DNA of 10,619 nucleotides from Oopsacas minuta (taxonomy: Eukaryota; Animalia; Porifera): positions 1-10,619 of the forward strand of contig JAKMXF010000093.1 of NCBI GenBank assembly GCA_024704765.1. Direction: 5' to 3'. The notes under the pieces were generated by a model. It was not told the origin of the DNA. It did not search any database and saw only the letters and a program-made list of their open reading frames with translations. The translations under genes were made by a program, and so were the position numbers. Below are positions 1 through 9,149 of the stretch, one piece after another (the stretch's first letter is position 1; the number at the start of each line of letters is the position of its first letter).

Positions 1-57
1 ATTTAAATATACTTTATTATACCAAATAGCAGAAATTAAAATTTGCAACGGACAATA

Positions 58-391
58 TACTTAGGGTGTTCAATATGTTCTAAGCCCTATGCTATTATAC
101 CTTAACTAGCTATGTAAGTATATGCATGCTCATCTGTGTTTACAGTAGTTAGCCACAACACTGTCTATAAAATTAAAAGTATGCAATTCTGAATTATAGT
201 TTGTCTGTATTGCAATTTCTTGGGTGACTCATTATTCCATTTTTGATTGAAAGGGCTTCTCAAGACTTGAACAGAGAGTGGTAATCATGTTTTGTACAAG
301 ACTTGGAGAATCACGCGTGGATAAACACAATATGATGGTCAAAGGTTATGAAGAGGATGTTCTTTCATATTCTAAAGTAAAAGAATAGGCG
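58..391 (+). mobile_element. 5' fragment of a mariner (Tc1/mariner) DNA transposon: TIR-like end plus N-terminal HTH coding relic
   Basis: Manual translation of 251-391 gives KGFSRLEQRVVIMFCTRLGESRVDKHNMMVKGYEEDVLSYSKVKE*A. This follows the mariner transposase N-terminal pattern (EQRxVIKFCxxLGKS...YGEDxLSxxxVxEW), with the W codon now TAG at 386-388. Upstream, TA(58-59)-CTTAGGGTGTTCAATATGTTC resembles mariner TIR starts. No matching 3' TIR was found. Based on motif recognition only. Confidence 0.6.
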
Positions 392-470
392 ATTTGAAAC
401 CAAACAAATTATGGATAAGTAATTGATATTAAATGAATTTGATGTAAGAAATATAAATATAAATTTCATC

Positions 471-2042
471 TCACAGGCTCTGCCAGGTGAAATTAGTAAT
501 TAGCATATCAAAGTCTTTCAAGTGTTTTAATAAAACATAAGCTAACACAAACACCACAGTTCTTGATAACAAAATCACTAGATATCGAAGTATGAGCAAG
601 ATTTTAACACGTTTCGATAGAGGAAGGTCATCTTCTATTTCATTATCCAAGTTATCCATAGAATCTTGATTCAAATATTGAGGTTGTCGTAGACGAGAAT
701 TTTCTACATCCTTGTTGAGAATATTATCCCAATTGTAACAATACAAAAGAAAGATTAAGAATATTCCAATAAAGAAGAATCCGATAGATGTTACTAGTAT
801 AAATGCAACAGATCTCCAAGGAACCAAAAGTGCTAGTAAAACACTTATTGGAATAGTAATTATTACGATAATGATAAACTGAGTTAGTGTTGCATAGATT
901 TGAAGGAAGCAGGCAGTTAATATGCTATTTATTGAAGAAAAATATTCAGAATAATGCAAAACCCAAGAATCTTCACTCCAAATTCGATTTGCTCCTCATC
1001 GATTCAACTGATGTGAAGAGATAAGAGAGAGGACTAGCAAGAGAAGATACTAAAGCCCCCAAAACACACTGTATTACAAATATTGATACAACTGCTAATG
1101 CTGTTCATTTCTTTGCTGCTTGAAGATTATCCTCTCCAAGAAGATTTCCTACTCTAACTGATGCACTGATTCCACAACCGATCGAAACTGAAAGAGTTAG
1201 ATACCAAATCGAATTTATTATTCCAGTGAGAGCTAGTTGTTGAGATCTTTCAGGATGAAACCAAGTACCACCATTGGAACTACACTCATTAGCAATAGTT
1301 TAATCCACATTGGTAGTACACTAATTGCGCCATACATCAAAAAGTGATATCATTCGGTTAGAATTGCTACCCACAACCCACTGAAGTTTTTCATGTGAAC
1401 ATTAGTCATTTGTATGTATGCGAACATGAAAACAGCAACGAGGTTTGAAGTAATCACAGTTGCTAAAGCTAAACCTGGTATTCCAATATCAAAAGTCACT
1501 ACAAGTATGTATTGGATAGTAATATTAGTTATACAACTCACTGCCAACAAAAGCAATTCAGGGAATATGATATTCTGTGCTTGCAAGAATCCACCCAGGC
1601 AACTCTCCAGAAAATATTCGCTGGATAACAAAAGCAGAATAATGATGTGTATCGACCAGCTCCTTCTACTAACATTTTGTATCCACTGAAATAATATACG
1701 ATTGGTTTAACGCTTATCCAGATGTACACAATGGGAAATACATAAGAGAGGATATACCCAGTGCTCTCATGAAATATGTTCCCACTAATTTGTGATTACC
1801 AGCACCATATGCTTGAGAGCAGAATGCATTTACAGCAGAGACAAATCCCTGAATAACTGAAATGCTAGTAACTCCAATTATTGACTGTGCAAGAAATATC
1901 TCGCTTACTTTTTCACTGATATCAGTACCTGATGTACATGAGAGAAAATAATTCCCGTCCCAACTTGTATTGTAATGAATAATATCCTGGGAAAGCAACT
2001 AACGCCACTCTACTCAGATAGAGAAGTTCCATAATCATCCAT
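471..2042 (-). pseudogene. MATE (SLC47 / multidrug and toxin extrusion-like) transporter pseudogene, intronless
   Basis: ORF pieces 1714-1998, 1538-1729, 1350-1631 and 471-959, plus manually read gaps, are collinear with animal MATE1. Motifs: CSQAYGAGNHKLVG, FLQAQNIIFP, GIPGLALA, ISASVRVGNLLG (~1135-1170), YNWD followed by a polar linker and an extra C-terminal hydrophobic helix. Lesions: in-frame TGA at 1350-1352 (LTE*YHF, a conserved Trp position), TGA at 1105-1107, and frameshifts near ~950-990, ~1240, ~1625, ~1720 and in 1900-2010. The probable start ATG is at 2042-2040 (uncertain). Confidence 0.9.
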
Positions 2043-3289
2043 CTTACTTTCGTTAATTTTGGTCTTTGAAATTTGAGTGAAACTATCTGAGAAATTAAGT
2101 ATGCAAAATCGCAAATATAGCTAATATACTATATTATTTCACTATACGTACTTACATAGATATTTACATATTCATTCGTGACTATTTGCCTCATCTGCAT
2201 GTACTCCACACTCATGATTCCTTTGAGAATCACAAATGCACTGATGAGAATGAAATATTTTCCATAATTTCTCAAAACACACAATCTGAAAATTCATAAC
2301 ACGAGTAATACCTAAGATAAATCATCAATAGAATATGAATTCATAGAAACTAGAGTATAATTCAAATAATACAGTTTTAATTAGAGATATATCAGCAAAG
2401 ATATTGTTAGATTGAAAATTTATATAGAATAGAACACAGAATTTTCGGCTACCATAAAGATAGCGCAATGATTCCAGGATGAGCTTCAATTAGATGTTGT
2501 CAGGATATGTAAGAAATTTGAGGGGTGTCATGATTCGAAAATTCAATATCTGATCTGTAACTCTGCCGAATAATTCACCACTGATTAATGAATCTTTTAC
2601 AATCAATTTCATTAATGGATATTGGATTTAACGCATTAGAGTCATTGGTGGATTAACTGCACTCGGGCCTGAGCCTAACTTTATTTGCGGTCACTCAGTA
2701 TGCTGAATCCGAAATGCTAGGCAACATAGTACTCTGAATCCGACTATAACATTATCAAGTTTTTCACATCGTGGAAATAAGGGGAACACTTGAAAATACA
2801 TGGATCTGTAGTAAATAGATATTTCATAATCCTTCTGGAGCCCAGAGGCTTTGGCCTTATTAGCCTCAATGATTATCCGCCACTGATTAGCGTATTCTGT
2901 ATATTAATACTAAATCCATACTGCATTATAGTAGAATTATTTCTGAAATTTAGTAATTTTGCGAGTTTACGTGACGAAATACTTTCGACTTCAGAATCGG
3001 ATTCGACACCCAGAAATTAATTAAAAAAACGTTTCATAACACAGGTGTACAAATTGCGTTGCCAATATTCCTCGATTAGCAACTTCACATACGTAATAGC
3101 AACTGTTAAATTATACTTATCTGAAAGTGTGCTTATCAATTTTTCTATTACTCTGTCCAAGACTCCAAGCCATTTTCATAAGAAGTTATGTACTGAAAGT
3201 TTGTTGACAAAAGGGGCCTGTCATGCCATAATGGTCCAGCCGCTGAGATTTGGGCCCGGTATTTTATATTATAATTGGGATTCTCAACC

Positions 3290-3290
3290 N
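3290..3290. other. Single ambiguous base N (possible scaffold/contig join)
   Basis: N at 3290 in the raw sequence, close to where the mariner relic appears to end. Confidence 0.5.
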
Positions 3291-3399
3291 TCTTCTTCAA
3301 TATATAATACCTGTTGTTATTTCAATTTCCTCATAATTGTTTAGGCAACTTTTGTATCCCTTATTAATGCTGACAATCAAAAAATATATATATTTGGCC

Positions 3400-3830
3400 T
3401 CTAAAAGCTATAGGGTTCGGTATTAGGTGATACATTGGAACTTATCAAAGTGGGGCCTCCTTAAGTAGGTCTTTGTCGTGATTTAGGTCTTCTCTTCCTA
3501 AAATTTCTCCAGTGATTCTTTTTTTCTTTGGCTTTAATCTGGAAAACTGGATCTTTTGTATCGAATGAATTGAATATAGAAACTTCTGGTCTCTGAAGTC
3601 TTGCCTTGAATTTAGTCGAGGTGCATCTCCTTCTAGTACTCAAACCTTATTTATTTCCTCTGACAGGGCTCCTCATACATAATCCATAATTCGTCACCAG
3701 TAATTTTCTCACATATTTTCCTTGAATCTACGTGTTCATATTAGGCAAGGAGTTTCCTTATGTACATTACCCAATTGACTTTCTGAGCATCTGTCAGTGA
3801 TTGCCTGATTGCCTGATTCACCTGAGACAA
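3400..3830 (-). mobile_element. Degenerate mariner-family transposase relic (catalytic-domain region)
   Basis: Minus-strand translation gives SLTDAQKVNWV...RKLLA*YEHVDSRKICEKITGDELWIMYEEPCQRK (LTDAQK 3797-3780; ITGDELW 3704-3684, the first catalytic Asp motif TGDExW). After frameshifts it continues NKV*VLEGDAP...KFLYSI/FDTKDPVFQI...ITGE...RKRRPKS and PYS (3415-3407, remnant of PYSPDL). The HDNA segment appears deleted. No TIRs were identified. Confidence 0.7.
3798..3818. repeat. 8-bp tandem duplication TGATTGCC x2 (plus partial TGATT)
   Basis: TGATTGCC at 3798-3805 and 3806-3813, followed by TGATT at 3814-3818. Confidence 0.85.
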
Positions 3831-4369
3831 TCTTGCTATCTTCCATCTCATAGAATTTCCTATATCGATATTTTCCTCAAATATAGGAATTTCCAAAATT
3901 TCAATATTTTTCAAACCCGATAAATTGAATCATACCTTGCCCAGAATAAACGTATACTTGCAATAATTCCTAAATATAGATTGTGAAATCACCTAAATAT
4001 GATACGTGAGTTAATTGACAGGATATGTGCGGTAAATGACGTGCTAAACACACTTTGTTTGCACAACTGATGTATTCTCACAAATATAAGCCTTATCCGT
4101 TTATCTGGTCATTCATTTTTGGGCAGAGGTTGATCTCCTTGTCATAAGACAAGCCAAAAGTTGAATTATATTATCTATCTCCTGGTTCGCCTCTATTATA
4201 ACAATCTCCCAAGCTAATTCCAAAAGATCTAAGAATAAACAAATGTCCAAGATTTGAACGAAACTTTCATTGCTAAATATTCTTATACCTGGGCTGTGTT
4301 TCATCTAAGTTTATGCGACGTGTGTCACGAAATATTGTGTGTGTTGTTTTTAGTCTGACTGGCCCTAAT

Positions 4370-4381
4370 CAGTGCTGTTAT
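4370..4381 (+). repeat. Left terminal inverted repeat of hAT element
   Basis: CAGTGCTGTTAT, the exact reverse complement of 7122-7133. Confidence 0.95.
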
Positions 4382-4618
4382 AGAGGGGGGGCGCGGGTGG
4401 CACTGCCCCCCTACCTTTTTTACTTGGGTGGGCGCGCTTATTTTTTTAGAGTGAAATCCTGAAAGAACCAAGTTTCAATTATTGATTTACCACAAGTTGA
4501 ATATTTCTTTAATACAACAATAGAATTTTATCTTATCGTGGTATACTTATTATATATTTGTTCTCATTTGGCCTTTTTAGATAATTGTGGTATCATAATT
4601 AAAGATTTTTATCTTGCA

Positions 4619-7026
4619 ATGGACAAAAAAGAACGTATTCTTGAGAATTATTTTTCTAAAGTACCCATAGAAGCTACTCAAATTGTACATAAGCCAGATT
4701 CGACTGAACTGTCTCTTATATCAGATCAAACGTATGATAGTCATAAGGAGGTACATACCTCTTCAGCTCACCCAACCCATCAACCATTTACATTACAAAA
4801 TGCTAAAGAATCTTCTACTCTTCTTATGACCAATTCAGCGTCCAGTACACAATTTCATACGGGAACCTTTCATCAGGTTGAACTTATCCCTCAGAATACT
4901 GAAACATCCATTAGTGAATCCAACATTTCAAGCAAGGAAGTACATTCTGATATTCCAACTATTTATTCAACAGATAAATGGTTAGAAAAAGAAAACGTAT
5001 CCTTGGCTGTTTTGTAAGAGTGGCAAACTAGGTTGTTCAATTTGTAAGAAAGTTTTATCACTTGGCGTGAAAAAGAGTCAAGGCGTATCGATCTCAGCAA
5101 ATTGGTCAGGTTGTACAGTATCTTCTACTGGCAATTCAAGACTTTCGGAGTTGAGATTACTTAGGAAAAAATATCGAAACATATGCTATCTTATACCCAC
5201 ATTAAGGCCAAAAAAGTTTTGGAAGAAGCTAGTTTGCAACAATTTGAAAAAATGACTGGTGTATTAACTAACTCCTACCTTGAAATTACAATGAAAGTTT
5301 TGCGAACAGCTTTATTATATCGCGAAAAATGATAGACCCTATTCTGATCACCCAGATTTAATTGAGCTCCAGACGTTGGAATGGATCAAATCTTGATATT
5401 TCTTTGCATTCACGAGGCACTGCAACTACCATGATTGATGAAATTGCACTAGAAATGCACAGAAAGATTTGTATCAGAATTCAAGAAGTTAATGGTAAAA
5501 TTTCAATCTTAGTTGACGAGTATACAACTTTATCAAATACAACGACCTTGATAATATATATGAAATGTTAATTTTCAAAGCTAGAAAATCCTCACTTCTT
5601 CTACTTGGAGCTTCTAGAACTATTTGAACAATCAGCTAAATCAATAACTACAGCAATATTGAATTGTCTAAGTAGAAATTGCTTTGATGATGATTATTTG
5701 AGTGAAAATCTTATAAACTTTGCAAGTGATGGTGCAAGTGTCATGCTTGGGAAAAATCTAGTGTTTCAACTAAGTTACTTGCGAAATATCCGAGACTAAT
5801 TATATGGCATTGTTTAAACCATCGTTTAGAACTTTCAAATCATGATGCGATTTGAGGTGACATCAATTAACCATTTTCAGATATTCTTCGACAGAATATA
5901 TTCACTTTACAGTCGTTCATCGAAGAATCAAAGAGAACTGGCAGCATGTTCTCAAACTTGGAAGACCAACTTAAAAAAATTGGTCGTATTTTGGACACTC
6001 GATGGGTTGCGAGTTCTTTTCGAACCGTACCAGCTGTATGGAATAATTTTCAGTCGTTATGTGTTCATTTTAAGAAAGCATCTGAAGATCCACAAAGAAA
6101 TTCAAAGGATAAATCCACTTTTCTTGGTCTTTTGAGGCGTATGAGTTCTCCCGAATGTATTATTGATCTCGCTCTAATGTTGGATACTCTTGGCGAATTA
6201 TCAAGCCTCTCACAAATGCTGCAAGATCGAGCGATTACAATTGTAAGTGCAGATAAGTTAATTCGTAGGTCAATTAGACGGTTAGAAACGTTTAGATGTA
6301 CATCAAGCCTTAAACCCCTTGAAGCTCAGGAAGCAGTAAATTCTCTAGAATTCTATAACATTCAGTTGATTCATATGCAAAAATTGTACCTATCGATAAG
6401 ATGAAATTTCTTGAAATTCTTATTAAGGGGATGAATGGCAGATTGTTTATCACAACATTTTCCTGATCTCCTACTACTACAGGTGAAAGGTTGTACAATA
6501 CTCTCATGAACGAGTTCAATACTTTAAACAAAGATAGTTGGCCTATAATAAATATACCTGGATATGGTGAAACAGAAATTAAAAGTATGTGTACTCGATT
6601 TGGTCTAGAAGTAGCTCAACATGTTAATGCTTTTTGTGATTAATATGAAATCTAGGAACACATATGCCATCTGCTCTCAGACCTTTGATAAATTGTACTC
6701 AATTGATTCCATGTAGCACAGCAGAGTGTGAACCTGGTTTTAGTCACATGAATATCATTATAGTGGATAGACGAGCGTCGCTACTCACATCTCATGTATC
6801 TTCACTATTATTCATTAAACTTAATGGCCCGCCACTTTCTTCTTGGAATCCCAGTGATTATGCTCTGTCTTGGTTAAGACATCATCGTGGTGCTTTGGAT
6901 ACCCGAATAAAGAGAAAACCTCTAATTTTAGAAGAAAATCCAGTTCGGAAGTATTTTAGATATTGGATTTTAGTTTTAGTGTTTAATAAACAAACAAAAA
7001 TTCGTATCTCTAATAGTAATTTATAG
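4619..7026 (+). pseudogene. hAT transposase pseudogene, ZNF862/KIAA1586-like (TTF-type zinc finger, RNase H-like DDE core, hAT dimerisation domain)
   Basis: The probable start is ATG 4619 (MDKKERIL). Joining frames gives YPWLFCKSGKLGCSICKK...KISKHMLSYTH (TTF-type Zn finger), RTAYYIAKNDRPYSDH, ILVDEYTT (D1), [11 protein letters not shown] (D2), [10 protein letters not shown] (CxxH, 5805-5834), LDTRWVAS, YGETEIKSMCTRF and IPCSTAECEPGFSHMN (catalytic E; the usual ER is EP here). There are at least eight lesions, e.g. frameshifts near 4990, 5170, 5315, 5378, 5752, 5850, 5955, 6370 and an in-frame TAA at 5569-5571. Confidence 0.93.
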
Positions 7027-7121
7027 CGGGTATTTTTACTATTAATTGCTGAGTAAATTATTAAACTAAGCTGAACTAAATTTGAGCGAGCATTTAGCGC
7101 TCCCTCACTTTAAATTTTGGG

Positions 7122-7133
7122 ATAACAGCACTG
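7122..7133 (-). repeat. Right terminal inverted repeat of hAT element
   Basis: ATAACAGCACTG, followed by the TSD copy GACCTAAT. Confidence 0.95.
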
Positions 7134-7343
7134 GACCTAATATTTCAACCATTTCTGTCCGGCGATAATACTAATGGCTAATGCATTATATATGGTAAGG
7201 CCATATAAAATAATATACTTGTTTATCATCCCCGCCCGCCCCATTTAATCTCCCTCCTCGGCAATTTTTATATTTTAATACATATCTTTATTTAATACTT
7301 ATATTCTCAGATGAGCATCTTCGAAACAAGCTAATTATTTACA

Positions 7344-7532
7344 CTAGCGCCCTTCGCTTGCTAGGTCGCTGAGCAGTGTGGCTAATCATGTGATTTTTCG
7401 AAAATGCAAAAGGTGGCAATGGTATCATAATTTCGTCAGGTGTGAATTTTCGTCCAAGACTCAAACCTGTCCGAGTCAGGCCCAATAACCCATCCCTGTA
7501 TGGCAAAAATCAGCCCTGAGGTGTGCACTAGA
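7344..7532 (-). mobile_element. Candidate short non-autonomous Helitron-like element (189 bp)
   Basis: Read on the minus strand it begins A|TCTAGTGCACAC and ends AGCGACCT-AGCAAGCGA-AGGGCGCT-AG|T. That gives 5' TC, 3' CTAG, insertion between A and T, no TSD, and a GC-rich hairpin (plus-strand arms 7346-7353 and 7363-7370, 7/8 paired). It is a GC-richer island between very AT-rich flanks. The hairpin abuts CTAG rather than lying ~10 nt upstream, which is atypical. Confidence 0.5.
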
Positions 7533-7617
7533 TTTTATTATTATTATTTTTATCTCATTATTTAAATTGTACAAGAATTCAGATTATAGAGAGGAAGTGA
7601 ATATTAGTTTTCCCATA

Positions 7618-7783
7618 TACAGTGTAAGCTTAATACGAACACCAACGGACCGTACGGTTAAAATTTATTCGCCTTTACGGAGTTCATAAACCGGAGTAAT
7701 ATCCATTGAAGTACGATTGTAGGGACCTGATTATGTACGAACATTGTTCGTCTTATCAGAATTCGTATTAACGAGATAGTTTA
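7618..7783. mobile_element. Degenerate Tc1/mariner (pogo/Tigger-like) MITE
   Basis: Begins TA-CAGTG. The inverted pair TTAATACGAA (7630-7639) / TTCGTATTAA (7762-7771) is followed by CGAG, and there is an internal GGGACC. This resembles TA-CAGT..CTCGTTAATACGAA-type MITE ends. The outer TIR parts have decayed. Confidence 0.45.
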
Positions 7784-8151
7784 AATAAATTAGTAAAATT
7801 ACGCTAAGCAAAAAATAAAAATAAAATGCCGCCCCCCGCACCTATTTCGCAGAAAAAAATGGATGAGAAACAAGTAATTTATTTACATGGCCTAATATAT
7901 ATATTTTGGTGATCAGAATAATAATTTTCCCTCATTTCTCCCAGCTATATTACCAAATTTAGAATGTTTATTGAATAATTATTCAGACATATTATAAATA
8001 TTGTAATTAAACTGAAAATTAATTATGGCTGTAAAAATGAATTTCCTACCTTTGTGTGGATGTGCTTGCTCGGTTTCAAATATGCCTTTGGTAAACTAAG
8101 TATATTTAACGTTGATAAATACACATAATTATCCCTATTGATAACATAATT

Positions 8152-9046
8152 ATGAACTTCCAGGAGATTCGACTTATTTTGCAGTATTTTCATGCTATTT
8201 AGGTGCATTGACACTAGCATTTTCACTTGGAATGACTTCTCCAAATCAAAAACAGTTATTGGATGAAAATATTCTGAATTACCAGACTTTGCCAACATTT
8301 GCGTCAGTTTCATTTTCACAAGACTGATGGCCGAAATTTCTGCCCCTATTCTTGTTCAATTTGGCCTTGATCAAAAGTTGCTAGTTACACTATATTGTGT
8401 GATTGGTGTAACAGGGTATATATTGATAGTCATAGCAAATTCAGATGTGTATGTGATTATAGGTGTCGCACTAGTAGGGTATCAAACAGGGATTGCTATG
8501 ATAGCCGGAATGACCCATATTACTGAGGTAAGTTTGGACAATCAGAGAAAGGTTATGAGTGGAGGATTCGGATTCAGCATTAGAATAGGATTGTTCATAG
8601 TATATTTCGCAGGAATTTGGCTGTCTTTCAGATGGTTTGCAGTGTTTGGATTATTTCAAGTATGTATGTATTGTCTTTCGATTATCATAAATCCTCTTTC
8701 ACCTGTATGGTATATGAAACAAGGTTTGGATGGGTAAGCTAAATCAACTCTCTTGTATTTACATGGTAGTAAGTTTGATGCAGATACTGAAATACAGAAG
8801 ATTAAGGGGAAGACACTGAGTAGTAAAATTAGTTGGATTGAAAGTTTCAGAGCTTTGAAAGACTGGAAAGTATTGAAACCTATTATCATATTGTGTGTAT
8901 TACTCTCTCTGAAATAGTTAGGAGGTCATGAAGCTATGGTAGCATTCTCTTCTCATATTCTAGAGAATCAACAAGCAATGGATCCTAAAGTAGCATCTCT
9001 CTTCTATCCAATATTCTTGATTATTGGAGCAATCGTGTGTATTCTN
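8152..9046 (+). pseudogene. SLC2/GLUT8-like MFS sugar-porter paralog 1, pseudogene, 3' truncated or interrupted
   Basis: Collinear with the intact copy at 9834+. ATG 8152 (MNFQEIR), -1 frameshifts at ~8172 and ~8310, ORF 8327-8737 (HITEVSLDNQRK, NPLSPVWY), in-frame TAA at 8735-8737, in-frame TAG (SLK*LGGHEA), then MVAFSSHILENQQAMDPKVASLFYPIFLIIGAIVCI. Clear homology stops at the N at 9046. Confidence 0.9.
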
Positions 9047-9149
9047 ATGAGTAATGATTTGTGTACTGAATTTACAAGTTCTGAATACTTTCACTACAAA
9101 GTATATATCGCAGATAAGTATAAACGAAAAGATGCAATGAGTAATGATT
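9047..9149 (+). repeat. 13-bp direct repeat ATGAGTAATGATT
   Basis: Exact copies at 9047-9059 (immediately after the N at 9046) and 9137-9149. Confidence 0.8.

Larger units (their letters stand above)
4370..7133 (+). mobile_element. Full-length non-functional hAT-superfamily DNA transposon (2764 bp)
   Basis: Perfect 12-bp TIRs: CAGTGCTGTTAT (4370-4381) and ATAACAGCACTG (7122-7133). Flanking 8-mers GCCCTAAT (4362-4369) and GACCTAAT (7134-7141) match at 7/8, giving the 8-bp TSD diagnostic of hAT. A hAT transposase relic lies inside. Confidence 0.95.

Noticed and set aside
1105-1352. In-frame TGA codons (one at a conserved Trp) suggesting a TGA=Trp genetic code or selenocysteine
   Set aside because: The same genes also contain frameshifts and TAA/TAG stops, and the intact CDS at 9834+ uses TGG for every Trp. 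Ordinary pseudogene decay explains it.
1414-1689. 91-aa plus-strand ORF
   Set aside because: Antisense shadow of the MATE reading frame, with no recognisable motif.
2790-3344. ORFs 2790-3020 and 3045-3344
   Set aside because: Non-ATG starts, no recognisable domain, and one spans an N. Most likely chance ORFs in AT-rich intergenic DNA.
3461-3643. Basic 60-aa ORF as an independent small protein
   Set aside because: TTG start, and it is one frame of the mariner relic.
4113-4304. 63-aa minus-strand ORF, possibly the N-terminus of the mariner relic
   Set aside because: I could not recognise mariner HTH motifs in 3850-4360 with confidence, so nesting of the hAT inside that mariner is unsupported.
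4538-4618. GTG-initiated N-terminal extension of the transposase
   Set aside because: The context is eukaryotic, so ATG 4619 is the more plausible start.
6310-6531. 73-aa minus-strand ORF
   Set aside because: Antisense to the transposase pseudogene, with no independent support.
4619-7026. A domesticated host gene (KIAA1586/ZNF862 ortholog) or a multi-gene operon
   Set aside because: The fragments are consecutive pieces of one transposase bounded by TIRs and a TSD, and they carry many disabling lesions.
8023-8889. Minus-strand ORFs 8023-8319 and 8656-8889
   Set aside because: Antisense shadows of SLC2-like copy 1.
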